The notes under the pieces are model-generated. The model was not told where the DNA came from. It made no database searches and was given only the letters and a program-made list of their open reading frames with translations. Made by a program: the position numbers and the translations under genes. From Octopus sinensis (Eukaryota), in assembly GCF_006345805.1 (NCBI RefSeq), contig NC_043002.1, positions 56,854,001 through 56,918,000 on the forward strand: a stretch of DNA of 64,000 nucleotides, in the 5' to 3' direction. Shown here piece by piece: positions 13,553-26,595 of this stretch (the first letter of the stretch is position 1; the number at the start of each line of letters is the position of its first letter).

Positions 13553-14730
13553 TACATTCTAGGTAGGATCAACAAAAAAAAGTACTCCATCCAGTGAGAG
13601 ACAAATATCATTTCATATACACAATTAAAAAACAAGCTAATAGTTTCATGCATTAAAGATACAATAAATTGGCAGATTTATATAACATACCTTGTATTTT
13701 AAAGCATAAAACTATTGGTAGTTCTTTTGAAATTTTGTTTATTAAATGATATATGCATATATTTTTCTACTGCTTTGTTCATTACAAAACAGATATGTGT
13801 ATAAATATCTATGAATACACGAATATAGATGTGGTTGAGTGCATGTATATGCATGCAAGTTTGTGTGTGTGTGTGTGTGTATATATCTATATATATATAT
13901 ATATTTCTACAGCTTTGTTGATTAAAAACACAGATGCTAGTGTGTGTGTGTATCATTTAATACAGGGTTTAAATTCAAACTACCATTTGTTTCATGCCTC
14001 TGAAAACTTGTATAGCATGATGTGTAAATTCAAGCAATTATTCAGATTATACACAACACACTTTACAAACTTGTCTGACTGTCATATTTTCAGAGGCATG
14101 GAACTAATAGCAGCTCCAATTTAAGCCTGTGTGCATTAAATGATATTTATCTCTCACTGGGTAGTTAATCCCACCAATATCGAAACAGTATGCTACATAT
14201 AAATAGATAGATTTCTACATCTTTGTTAAAAAACGCAAATGTGCGTGAGTGCCTGTAGATATGTATGTGTGAGAGAGACTTTATAACTGTATGAACACAT
14301 GTGAATGTAGATGTATGTGTGTAAATGAACATATATCTGTATGTGTAAATATATATAATGTGTGTGTGTGCATATATACATCTTTGCTGATTAAAAACAC
14401 AGACGTGTGTGTTTATATATATATATATATATAAATACATGAATGTGGTTGTGTGTGTGTGAATGTATGTGTTTTTATATATCATGGTATTGACCAGATT
14501 TGGATGTTGTTACACATCACTGGCCACAATGTGCTTCATATTGTTTTAGCTTTCAAATACACACCCCTCCCCTTCCACTGGGAAGGCGAGCAGGCTAGTA
14601 AGCATTCCTCCTGATCAGAAGAGCATTCTATCCCAGGTTTAACAGGAAATGGAGTGTTTTGCCCAAGAACACAACTTGCCATCCGACCTGGGAATTGAGC
14701 CCATGAGTGTAATACCCTAACCACTATATA

Positions 14731-15592
14731 CAGAGTGCGGTGAATAAACTGTTGTCTAAATTATTCAAAAATGATAATAACACTGACATCTCATTTTAAC
14801 ATATATATTTACTAAAATTACATAGAAATATCTTGAAATACTAAAGAGTAAATTTATTCAATAAAATCACCATTGGCTTCAACAACATCTTCCAGACGAC
14901 TGGAATCTCCTGCAACTCTACTGGATGGTTTCCTTGTTTAAGTTGGTGAACGCTGCCATAATCCTTGCCTTCTTTGGTGTTACAAGGAGTTTCATTGGTT
15001 TCTCGCTCAACTGTGCCCCACACATAATAATGAAGGGGGTTGCAGTCTGGGGAGTTAGGTGGCCAGATTTTAGGGGTGACGTGGATGCAAAAATTGTTTG
15101 ACAGCCATGAAGGATTCTCCTGCCTATGTGGCACAGTGCAGAGTCCTGTTGCAAGACATAGGGTATTCCAGCCGCTGCTGTCGTGACCCAGGGCAGCTGT
15201 ACCTCCTCCAGGCACTTGATGTAGCCTCTGTGTTGAGTTTGAGGCCATGTGGGAAGATGAATGTAGGCATAACATAGCCATCACCAGTGATCACTCCAAA
15301 CACTATGGTGTTTACTGGAAGTTTGATTTTTATCATTCTCGGTACATGTCCTCATATTGACACCCAAGACACTCTGAAATATTCATGCTGGAGCTTTCAG
15401 TGCGAGTGCCAAGCAGTACAGCATGTCATTTACAAATTTCTGGCAAAGTGAATTGCGTCAAGGTGCTGTTTTTCTCACAAGTGGTACCCAACTGACCCTA
15501 CTATTCTGTGTAGTTGACAAAATCAAAAGCAAACAACACACATGTGCAAAATTAAAAACATAAAATGGCAGCAATTTATCCATCGTACTCTG
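14731..15592 (-). mobile_element. Internally deleted Tc1/mariner-superfamily DNA transposon with both TIRs
   Basis: ~28-bp TIRs CAGAGTGCGGTGAATAAACTGTTGTC / CAGAGTACGATGGATAAATTGCTGCC with TA on both sides; frameshifted transposase motifs VFGVITGDGYVMP, QQDSALCH, WPPNSPDCNPLHYYVWG. Confidence 0.9.
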
Positions 15593-16267
15593 TATTTAGT
15601 GTATTTACAGAGACTGGTATGACTGTGCAGTTAAGGAGTTTGGTTCACAAGTATGTGCTTCAGAGTTCTAGCCCAGAGTTTTGTCTGCCCCAAGAAACCA
15701 TGGGAAAGAAGTTTGTGTGTATGTTTAAGTGTGTTTTTGTTAATATTTGTGTTCTTTTGACTGACACAAGACAATCAATTAAAAAAGTATAATGCACAAA
15801 GGTAAGTTAGTCACTCAGTATGGAACAGGGCCAGAAGCAAAACAAATAGGTGTTGGGGTTGATATGAACAATTAAAACTTTGAAGGTGCAGGGTTACAGG
15901 CCAGTGGCAGCAATCAGTAGAAGATAAAAGAAGGTGTGTATAGAGGGAGCGAAGAGATGTGGCCCAGAGGTGATGGTGTTGCAATTTCAATCATGAGATT
16001 GTAGTTTCAATTCCTGGACCAGATGCTGCATTGTTCTTGAGCAAAACTTGTCATCTCGTGTTGCTCTGTAATCACTTCAACATGTGACATGTGGTACATT
16101 GCTCTTTTGCTTAAATGTTGGGTTGACAGAAGGAATGAGCTAAAAACAAATCTGTGCAGGTTGTTCTGCAACAAATTACAGAACCATCTAGTATCTACAA
16201 CAGGAAAGTATATACACGTACACACACATATATCTATATATTCTCTTACATATACACTATACGTGCA

Positions 16268-16975
16268 GGTATGGGTTTGTAGTTTAGAAGTTTGCGTCCC
16301 AACCACATGGTTCTTGATTCAATCCCACTCCGTGGCACCTTGGGCTAGTATCATCTGCTATAGTGCCAGGCCAACGAAAGCCTTGTGAGTGGATTTGGTA
16401 GATGGAAACTGAAAGAAGCCCATCGTATATATGTGTGTGAGTATGTTTGTATCTCCTTGTCTTGATATTGTGTGATAATTTTAAATGTGCCTCGTTGTCT
16501 TACAAGCAATTTAGGCAGAGAATGAAGAAACCCATCAAATATATAGAATTAATCCATAGGGAACAAAGTTCCTTGCAAAAGTTCCAGGTCTAATGCAGGG
16601 GAGACAATTAAGATTTCCTTATAAGTTACCTCCCATGATCTGTATATTTATTCACTTAGACATCCCATACAGATTTGTGTATTCTCATCCAGAATGGAAA
16701 TGTGTACCAACGTTCCTATGTGGCAGTCGTGATAATTGTTAAGAGATTTCTCTTTACATCAAGTGATACGGTAGCTATGTTAACCCACAAAGAATATATA
16801 TCGCTTCACAACCAATGTTGGTGTGTTTATGTCCCTGTAACTTAGCAGTTTGGCAAAAGAGACCGATAGAATGAGTACTAGGCTTACAAAAAATAAGTCC
16901 TGATTTGCTTGACTAAAGGCAGTGCTCCAGCATGGCCACAGTCACATGACTGAAACAAATAAAAGAGTAAAAGAA
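16268..16975 (+). mobile_element. tRNA-derived SINE (CCAACCACATGGTTC...GACTGAAACAAGTAAAAGA family), split copy
   Basis: Head 16268-16445, tail 16810-16975. Family members at 33296-33648(+), 46640-46980(+), 62480-62680(+), 19740-20110(-), 50330-50520(-), 55040-55412(-), 58975-59325(-). Confidence 0.75.
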
Positions 16976-17929
16976 TATATAGCGAAAATAACAAAACAAC
17001 ACTAAAGACAGAGTTGATGTGTGTGTGAACATTTGTCTTAACATCACCTGGTGGCTGTAAACAAGCATCACTGATATACAAGTAGGGTTTGTTTCCAGTC
17101 TTCTGTGAAAAAACAGTTGGCCATGGGGAATATTACTTCATTTGAAATGGGTAAGGGTTGGTGAAAGCAAGAGCATCCAGTTGCAGAAAATCCACCTGAA
17201 CAAACTCCATCCAACCCATGCAAACCTAGTAAAGTGGATATTAAACAATGATGATGATGGGGTGTATGTGTGTGTGCATATGGTTTGGTTGGCAGTGCTG
17301 GAGAGCCCAGTAAGTTAAGCTCTCGCTCTACTGTGCCTGGCCTCAGGGGGCCAGATATTGGTTAAGTATAACCATAAATATCTGCTTTATGGTCCCTTGC
17401 TCCAGATTTTCTGCAGGAGTTTGCTTTCTTAGTCTTTTTTTAAATACTCACTAATTTACCCCACAAAGTAGCAGGGGTTTTTTTTTGTTATAGTGGACAT
17501 GGTTTGTGCAGAACTAATCTCACTTTTGCATCCTTCAACTTGTATTGGTCTGGTGCAACAAGTACCACAAACCCATTAGTTATCAGGATGTAGGATTTGG
17601 ATGGAGTTACCTTCTCTTTGGTGAGCAGCTAAAGAGTTGGAGGGCCTCATCTACCCTGGGTCTGTTGGAAGTATCTGTGAGAGACCATCCAGAGGCAATT
17701 CTGTGACATTGTAATCAACCCATAGCTGATAGATGCTACTAGTTTGCGTCAGAGTAGACTTGGGAATATTTGTGGTTAAGAGGTATTGCCACACTCCTCA
17801 AAACCATAGCATTCATGAACCAGGGCCTCACTACCGTATGCAGTTTCAAGTGTGTGCTACTTAGCTTATGATGGCCCATCAGAGGTGATGAAAATGACAG
17901 CATCAGTCCAAGACATTCATCCTCCTCTG

Positions 17930-18990
17930 CCTCCAGCACATTGCTTCTCATGGGAGCAGAGATGGCATACAAGACCAATATGAGGTTAAGAAGATCCTGT
18001 GGTATGAGGACACTGCCTCTCTTCATGCAGCCTCCTGAGTTTGGTTTCAAAGTGCTCTACTCCAGTATCACACTTGGACTTCCATGCCTTCCAATTAACA
18101 GCCAGGTGGGACACCACGTAAAATGAGAGACTACTTGAAGTTTTGGATGTCCATGAGACCTACCTCCAGTTTTGATCTTGCTGAAGAGGACCATCTTTTG
18201 GAGCTGGTCACCCAGCATCTGAAGCATATGGCCAACCCAATGGAAAAGATGAAGGATGCAGGTCTCAATGTGGATCTCAGTCCTCAGGAGGATTTTGGTA
18301 TGAGGCATCTTGTCCTGTCACTTGAGAGAGAGGGTAATTTGGAGTGATATGGAACACTTCCAGTTGCCTGAGCTAATGCTGATAAAAGGTCCAGTACTTA
18401 AACATGTACAGGAGGCTGGATACACAGACAGGGTGATAAACAGAGATATTTGTGTTTGCTCTAAGGTTCTTGTCCTGGAAGACTTGTTCACCGAGTCACC
18501 TGAATGATGCACAAGCCAAGTTTCAGACAGAGTATCCTCTCATCAAAGAGTCCAGTGTTAGAGATCGTTCTTCCAAGATGGCAGAATGAATCTGCTTGTG
18601 ATGGAGGAATATCATCGATAAAGATGGGTTGAAGGTTAAGCGAGTATAGGGAAACTGATTGGAGAACCTTGGCATTTCAATGATTCATTTGAAAACCATG
18701 CTAAGAACCGGCACCGTTCATTGAGTTTTTCATGTGTTGAAGAGAGGCAGAGGTATGAAATAACGAAGCTGAATCATAAGAAAACTGTATCTTGTATGTT
18801 GTGATTGAGCAGGTTTTTGAGAAAGGTTGTGGTGCCTGCTTCAGAAGTTTGGCTGTCCACCAACATTTCTCTTGATCATCTAGATGTTTCATGATGGTAT
18901 GCAAGCAAAAGTGACAATCACTGATGAAGTCTCAGAACCCTTTGATGTTCAGGTGGGGGTAAAACAAGGATGTGTCCTTGCCCCTATACT
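17930..18990. mobile_element. RTE-clade LINE fragment with an inverted 5' segment
   Basis: Minus strand ~17930-18826 encodes decayed RT motif C (QFSYDSA for xFADD) through FHWVGHMLQM..GGRSHGHP. Plus strand ~18826-18990 encodes the upstream LLQKFGCPP..FHDGMQAKV..GVKQGCVLAPIL. Confidence 0.8.
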
Positions 18991-20192
18991 GATATGCATG
19001 CATATATATATATAAACACACACGTGTGTGTGTATACAGGGTGTTCCAAGTGGATGTATTCACACATTGAATGATCATAAAGTCGGTGTTTATTGCAATA
19101 CATTTCATTTCCGAAATTTAATAGAATCTACAGATAAAACTTAGTCCAGATATTGGTCATAACACAAAGCAATGGAATCACAAACATCAAGAAATATTTC
19201 GATGAGTGTTTGTGTGCACTCTTGTTCAATTGTTGCCCTCAAACCAATTGTTGCTGATTTTGTTCTGTAAGCCCTATCTTTTTAGAATTTCTTTAAATAT
19301 AAAAAAAAAGAGGTGTCTAGTGGTTTGAGGTCCAGTGAATGTGAAGACTTTTCTCCTGAACCTCTGTCCAATCCACCTGTTTGGCAAAATCTCAAAAACA
19401 GACCCTTACATTACTATGGTAGTGGTGGTGGTGGTAGTGATGATGTTGGGGGTGCTCCACCTTGCTGGAAATAAGACTCCACAGCTTTCAAAGGCCTCAG
19501 TCCATAAAAGCAGCTGTAATTTCTGAAGGCTATACTCCAGCATGGGCACAGTCTTGTGATTGTAACCAGTGAAAAAGTAAACAAAGACAATGTTAGGAAA
19601 ATCAGACAATGAGAAGACTACATGACTACTTGAGCTGTTAGAAATAACAGCTAAATCTCCTTTCAGTCAAACTGAATCACTTTGGATGATGAAGTCCTGC
19701 ATGTACTATCATAATCATATCTTTAATCTTCTTCCTGTTTCAGTCATTGGACTGTGGCCATGCTGGGGCCCACAAGAAGAGTTTGTTCTAACACATTGAT
19801 CTCAGTACTTTGTTTTTCTTTTTTTATCAGGTACTTATTCTATTAGTCTCTTTTGCCAAATTGCTAAGTTACAGGGATGTAAACAAACCGGTGCTGGTTG
19901 TCAGGTGGTTGAGGGGGCAAACACAAAGACACATACACACACACATGCATATATATATGTAATAGGCTCTTCCACTGTTTCCATGTACCAAATTCAGTTA
20001 CAAGACATTGGTCAACCCAGGACACTTGCTCAATCAGCCAAGCATTGGGGGATTGAACCCAAAACCATTTGGTTGCATAGTAAGCTTCTTAATCACATAA
20101 CCACACACCTACTAGAAAAAAAAATCTGCTGGAACACCTATGGTTACAGGTTTATGTTATCAGGATTGACCTAGGGTTAAACAACAGCATGC

Positions 20193-21084
20193 ATTTTATA
20201 AAGTTTTGTGATATTTTAGTAACTTATTCACTTTATTTGTCAAGTTACAACAAAAACAAGCCAAGCATTGAAAGTAGAGGCCATCGTGTTGCACCTTATG
20301 AAGCCAGCTTTCTGCCAGTTCTTTGATCCTACGCCAATACCAGCTCTTGTCCTTCCAGGCAAAGAACTCTTTCACTGATGCTTCCACCACTTCATGGTTG
20401 ATGGAGCATCATGAGTGCAGGAAGTGAGCCATGAATTGAAACAAATAATAACCTGAGGGAGATATTTTTCTGGAACCCTAACATGCATAAAGCAGGGGTT
20501 AAGTAAGGGTCAGCTTCTGGAACCAGTTGTTGAACATGGGCGTTTCAAACGCAAGGTGATGCTCTGTATCTACTGGAATGTTGAGAGGATAATTTCCTAT
20601 GAATTTGTTCCAGGGGGTTTAAAACATCAATACCACCCGGTACTCTGAAAGCTGGAGTGGGTGTATGCCATCATGCAACAAAAATATCTGACATTTGTAA
20701 ATTGAAAGGAATCTCTTGTGCAGCAAGACAATGTAGGACCTCATGGTGCCCAAACAACTCATAATAAACTCCAAGAACTTGAGGGAATTGAACTGAAGCC
20801 ACACCCAGCTCCTTTGAATTATTACTTGTTGCAATCCATGGCCCACTCCCATTACTCATGATGCTTCATTGATCAAAAAGAGGTGGAAGCTTCAGTGAAG
20901 GAGTTTTTCACCTTGAAAGACAAGAACTGGTATTGGTGTGGGATGAAAGAACTGGCAGAAAAATAGCTTCAAACAGTACAACATGATGGCCGTCTACTTT
21001 GAATGTTCGGCTGTTTTTTTTTGTAACTTGACAAATAAAGCAAACAGTCACCAAAATATTGCAAAATTTCCACTCAACACAATA
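20193..21084. mobile_element. mariner-type (DD34D-like) transposase remnant with an inverted copy of its 3' end
   Basis: Plus strand 20480-21084: KVMLCIYWN..., LLxQDNxxPH..., VEASVKEFF..KDKNWYW..IKELAE. 20193-20400 is the reverse complement of the same 3' end. Confidence 0.8.
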
Positions 21085-24000
21085 CAGTCATGAAATTAAG
21101 CTATTCTGTTATATAAGAGAAGCACATAGTGGAGGCACAATGGCCCAGTAGTTAGGACTCGCAGTTGTAGGATTGTGGTTTCAATTCCCAAAGCAGGTGT
21201 TGTGAGTGTTTATTGAGCAAAAACATCTAAAGCTCCACAAGGCTCCAGCAAGTGGTGGAGGTGAACCCTGCTGTACTCTTTCACCACAACTTTCTCTCAC
21301 TCTTTCTTCTTGTTTCTGTTGTACCTGTATTTCAAAGGGCCAGCGTTGTCACACTCTGTGTCATGCTGAATCTCCCTAAGGTGCTCAGCCACTTGCACAT
21401 TAATTTCATGAGCAGGCTGTTCCGCTGATCAGATCAACTGGAACCCTTGTGCTACAAAAGAACCGGAGTGCTACAAAAGAAGCACAAAACATTTTGTAAT
21501 AATTACCCCTAACTAATGATAAGCCAACAGACTATAGGGTGAAATATATTTCACATGCTTAATGTCATTCATAGATTTAAATGTCAACATCAAAATTATA
21601 ACTATTGTAACATTTGCAGTCATTTTGACACTCACAGACCACACCTCACTGGTTTACCTTGTATTTACAAGAAGAAGGCCATGAAATAACATTAAATTGA
21701 ACAATATAAAACAGTATTTAATGGTGTTTTATAGAGCTTAACAACCAAAGATATGGGTTACTGGTGCTACAACACCAGAATAAAAGCAAGGTTTAGATAT
21801 CATCATCATCATCATTGTTATCTTTTTAATGTCCACTTTCCATGCTCATATAGGTCAGATGCAATTGATTGAAGCAGGTTTTCTACAGCTGGATGCCCTT
21901 CCCTGTCATCAATGGTCATTTGATTCCAAATATTTCCATGTGGACAGACAAGTTTCTGTGGAAGATTGGAAACAAAAAGAGTCTTCTTGCATGACAATAA
22001 CAACTATCATGTGATATCAAGACAACAAGACACCAACACACACACAAGTATCTATATGATAGGCTTTTTTCAATTTCCATCTACCAAATCCACACACAAG
22101 GCTTTGGCTGGTCCAGGGCTGTAGGAGAAGATACATGTCTATCATGGCATGCAGTGGGGCTGAACCTGGGGCCATACTCACTTCCCAATATACATACATA
22201 CATATATATATACTACTAATATAGGATGAAGTTTTTTTCTCTACAGAAAAAAATTCCATCAAGAAATGTGGCAGCATATCAAAATACCTTTACGGTTAAA
22301 ATTATAAACAACTTATAAGTAAGGGCTAAAGAAAATTATTATGCTGATAACAGACTATTGAATCGTCAATTTCCACATATAATCTACTTGCTACAAAAAT
22401 CGAAGAACTGAAGTCGAGCAAGCTGGCCGTTAGAATCTTTAAAATTCGTTATCTCTATATTGAATCAATTTCGGAATTAATCTCATAAAAGACTTTGTGT
22501 CTGAGTTTGTCCCCTTCCACTACCATCGCTGTGACTTGGGACTGAACCCAAACCCATGTGGTTACAAAGCGAACTTCTTAACCACACAGCCATGTTTCTA
22601 CTTAAATGTTGTTTGAGGTAATTCATTCCAAGACCAACTCTTTGGTGCCAATGTATCATGGCACTCCATCGGTTATGACGAAGGGGGATTCCAGTTGATC
22701 TGATCAACAGAACAGCCTGCTCATGAAATTAACGTGCAAGTGGCTGAGCACTCCACAGACGCGTCTACCCTTAATGTAGTTCTCGGGGAGATTCAGCACG
22801 ACACAGAATGTGGTAAGACTGCTCCCTTTGAAATACAGGTACAACAGAAACAGGAAGAAAGAGCGAGAGAAAGTTTTGGTGAACGAGTACAGCAGGGTTC
22901 ACCACCACCCCTCTGCTGGAACCTTGTGGAGCTTTAGGTGTTTTCGATCAATAAACACTCACAACGCCCAGTCTGGGAATTGAAACCTCGAACCCATGAC
23001 TGTGAGTCTGCTGCCCTAACTACTGGGCCATTTCGCCTCCACACCAATGTATAAAGTACCAGTTAAATATCGGGGATTGATTTCCCCTCTCTCTTATTTG
23101 AGTATATGAAGGTGTGCTTTTCATTTTGTGACATCATCAATCTTTTTACCACCACAACAAGAAAAAAAAAGAAAACTAATTCATTTTGTTTTTTATAGAG
23201 AAAATTTCATGCTTTGCCTTGTTAGCAGTCTGCTGTTCAGAAGGCAGAGGATGAGAGTTTTATAAAATGATATTTATATCTAATATACCATAAAAAAGGG
23301 TTTGAAATCCCCAATACCATACATCAATCGATTACATCAACCCCTCAGCACCAGTGCTCGGTTGATTGACCTTGGAAGGATGAAAAGCAAAGTTGACTTC
23401 AGTGGAATTTGAACTCAGAATATGATGAGGAAATGTCGCAAAGCATTTTGCGCGACACATTGATGGTTCTGCTGGTTCGTCACCCCAACCCTGAACTCAA
23501 TGCTTTCGACTATTGATACGATGCCTAGAATTTTGGAAAGTGAGGGAAATCGATTAAATCTACCCCCACCCCCCCACCCCAGTGTTCAACTGGTACTTAT
23601 TTCATCGATCCTGAAAGGATGATAGGTACAGTCGATCTCGGTGGAATTTGAACTCAGGACGTACGGACGAAATGCTGCTACGCATTTCCTCCAGCGTGCA
23701 AACCATTCTGCCAACTCGCTGTACATAACTGAAAGGGTTTGAAGTCCCCTGACACCGTTTTTAGGATTGTCTTAAAAACTAAATGACTAGAGACGACCAC
23801 TGAGCCTAGAAACTAAACTACCATCTACAACAGGGTTGTCTAGGTACAAGGCTTCAAACATCGACAAGTAATCTTGAATGTTGTGACATTCATGCCTTTC
23901 TCATAAACAACGTAACTGAAGGGGTAGGATGCTTTAACAGAGATTCAATAATGTGACGACAAAAGAAACTCATCACTTTTCTATTTACTAATGGTTTTAT

Positions 24001-24324
24001 CGCTGAGTGGTTCAGACTTGAAACAGGTTATTTTATATGGTGCTTGTGGTGCACCTGAGCACTGTATACAATAATTTCATCATTATTATTTTTTTTTTTT
24101 ATATACCCTCCCTGCAAGCAGCAGCAGTAAAAGCAGCAGCAGTAATAATATCTTCTAAGAAAGATAATTCGTCTCTTTCCGTTTTATGAGAGTTATTCCC
24201 CCTTCTCTTAATCTTTGCTAATTTCACTAGTTTAAAGAATTTCTAGCAAATTTTCTTTGCTTGGGATGAAAAAAAATCACTAAAAACGTGGTCTGGTCAG
24301 TGAATTGGCTTCTATTTCCACCAG

Positions 24325-24410
24325 AAACAAGATTATGACAAGTCTGTATACTGATGATGTTTTGAAGTTAAAACAAAATGTGTTTAGAAAATTGCAACAA
24401 CTACTTGCAG
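24325..24410 (+). CDS. Candidate coding exon (MTSLYTDDVLKLKQNVFRKLQQLLA; ATG at 24335)
   Basis: CCAG acceptor at 24321-24324, open frame, consensus donor CAG|GTAAGT at 24410/24411, ends in phase 1. Confidence 0.55.
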
Positions 24411-24948
24411 GTAAGTTATACAAAGTATTTTACTAAAAACATTTGGATTTCTTTTAAAGAGATAAGAATAGAATTTACTAGAATGAATTTGGCTATTTAC
24501 TTCATCTTTTATATATCTGGCAACTGACTTGGTAGGAGCCCCTAAGATTATACACCAGTTTTCCTACAACTTCGACCTTTTTTGAATTCATTACTTCTGC
24601 TACTCGTGAAGATGTTTTTTCAATCCTAGAATTGTTGAAGCATGAAGTAAACTATCTACGTCCGATGTTTCCTGTCAAGATATGGTATCTTTCACACCAA
24701 ACATATTTTTGTGTTATAAACAAAATATATATTACTAGAGGGGGTATTATATATATATCGTTTTTGGATTTGGTTTGCAAGATTCTTCATGTGAGTTCGT
24801 GTGTTGAAGCATATTCTGTTGTGTCTGGGGAGAGTCATTCTCTTTTAGTGCTTTATAATTGAAAACGTTGTAAGACGCAACGGAAATTTTAGAAAAATAT
24901 AAAAGAAATAAGTGGAAATTTTACCAGTGAGTGTGTTAAAACACAACA

Positions 24949-24949
<1 letters not shown>

Positions 24950-24994
<45 letters not shown>
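24950..24994. repeat. (TA)n tract, left flank of the HHR array
   Basis: Pure TA dinucleotide run directly abutting the array. Confidence 0.95.
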
Positions 24995-24997
<3 letters not shown>

Positions 24998-25188
24998 TAA
25001 TACTAAGCAATAAAGGGTTTAGCAACGAATTGCCTCACCACATACCGAATTTAGAAATAGCAGTCAAAGAGTTATAGCTATTTCTTCTACTAAAAAGGGA
25101 GATCTCAGTAAAAACAGCAATTGGAAGGCAGACACAAACAGGTAAGAAAGAATGAATTGACGGCAATCTATCATACAATTTTAAGTTA

Positions 25189-25289
25189 TCTACGGACGTA
25201 CGTTTCGAAATCAAGTTTTTAGGAAAGCATAAGAATTAAATATCAAATAATTCTATCTTACCAAAAACTTCTTTTCTCTTCAGCGTAGA
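25189..25289 (-). ncRNA. Type I hammerhead ribozyme (intact core)
   Basis: Reverse complement reads TCTACG-CTGAAGA-[70-nt stem II]-GAAA-CGTACG-TC-CGTAGA. Confidence 0.9.
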
Positions 25290-25902
25290 ATACTATAATC
25301 ATAAATGATTAAATATTGAATTTTGAGATACTAGAAGGCACCAACTCAACTCAGTATCAGAGCGAGCTAGAATCCGCAACTAGTATCACCGAATTCAATG
25401 TGTGAATGGAAGAGATTGTGTCACCAGCCCCTTCCCACCCGCGTGTAGCCAAAACAAGATGCTGTGGTCATCTACTGAGATAAAATATGGTTATCCGTAA
25501 TAATGAAGGGTGAAATTAATTAATTTGGAATAATTATCAATTACACCAAGTAGTCTTCGGCATGTAAAAGCCTCATTCGAGGAAAATTTAAGTAATACTA
25601 AGCAATAAAGGGTTTAGCAACGAATTGCCTCACCACATACCGAATTTAGAAATAGCAGTCAAAGAGTTATAGCTATTTCTTCTACTAAAAAGGGAGATCT
25701 CAGTAAAAACAGCAATTGGAAGGCAGACACAAACAGGTAAGAAAGAATGAATTGACGGCAATCTATCATACAATTTTAAGTTATCTACGGACGTACGTTT
25801 CGAAATCAAGTTTTTAGGATTCTAGCTCGCTCTGATACTGAGTTGAGTTGGTGCCTTCTAGTATCTCAAAATTCAATATTTAATCATTTATGATTATAGT
25901 AT

Positions 25903-26003
25903 TCTACGCTGAAGAGAAAAGAAGTTTTTGGTAAGATAGAATTATTTGATATTTAATTCTTATGCTTTCCTAAAAACTTGATTTCGAAACGTACGTCCGT
26001 AGA
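25903..26003 (+). ncRNA. Type I hammerhead ribozyme (intact core; predicted cleavage after C25997)
   Basis: Stem I TCTACG/CGTAGA, CTGAAGA 25909-25915, stem II 25916-25985 (GAAA/TTTC, AAGTTTTT/AAAAACTT, AGAATT/AATTCT), GAAA 25986-25989, GTC triplet. Confidence 0.92.
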
Positions 26004-26494
26004 TAACTTGAAATTGTATGATAGATTGCCGTCAATTCATTCTTTCTTACCTGTTTGTGTCTGCCTTCCAATTGCTGTTTTTACTGAGATCTCCCTTTTT
26101 AGTAGAAGAAATAGCTATAACTCTTTGACTGCTATTTCTAAATTCGGTATGTGGTGAGGCAATTCGTTGCTAAACCCTTTATTGCTTAGTATTACTTAAT
26201 TTTCCTCGAATGAGGCTTTTACATGCCGAAGACTACTTGGTGTAATTGATAATTATTCCAAATTAATTAATTTCACCCTTCATTATTACGGATAACCATA
26301 TTTTATCTCAGTAGATGACCACAGCATCTTGTTTTGGCTACACGTGGGTGGGAAGGGGCTGGTGACACAATCTTTCCATTCACACATTGAATCGGTGATA
26401 CTAGTTGCGGATTCTAGCTCGCTCTGATACTGAGTTGAGTTGGTGCCTTCTAGTATCTCAAAATTCAATATTTAATCATTTATGATTATAGTAT

Positions 26495-26595
26495 TCTACG
26501 CTGAAGAGAAAAGAAGTTTTTGGTAAGATAGAATTATTTGATATTTAATTCTTATGCTTTCCTAAAAACTTGATTTCGAAACGTACGTCCGTAGA
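26495..26595 (+). ncRNA. Type I hammerhead ribozyme (intact core; predicted cleavage after C26589)
   Basis: Same sequence as the 25903 copy. Confidence 0.92.

Noticed and set aside
26207-26231. Second hammerhead-like word pair in the 595-bp unit (CGAATGA-GGC..GCC-GAAG)
   Set aside because: The core deviates at invariant positions in every copy and no stem I or NUH site can be drawn.
26286-26468. 60-aa ORF within the repeat unit
   Set aside because: Short, non-ATG start, antisense to the HHR, frame altered by indels in other units, no recognisable domain.
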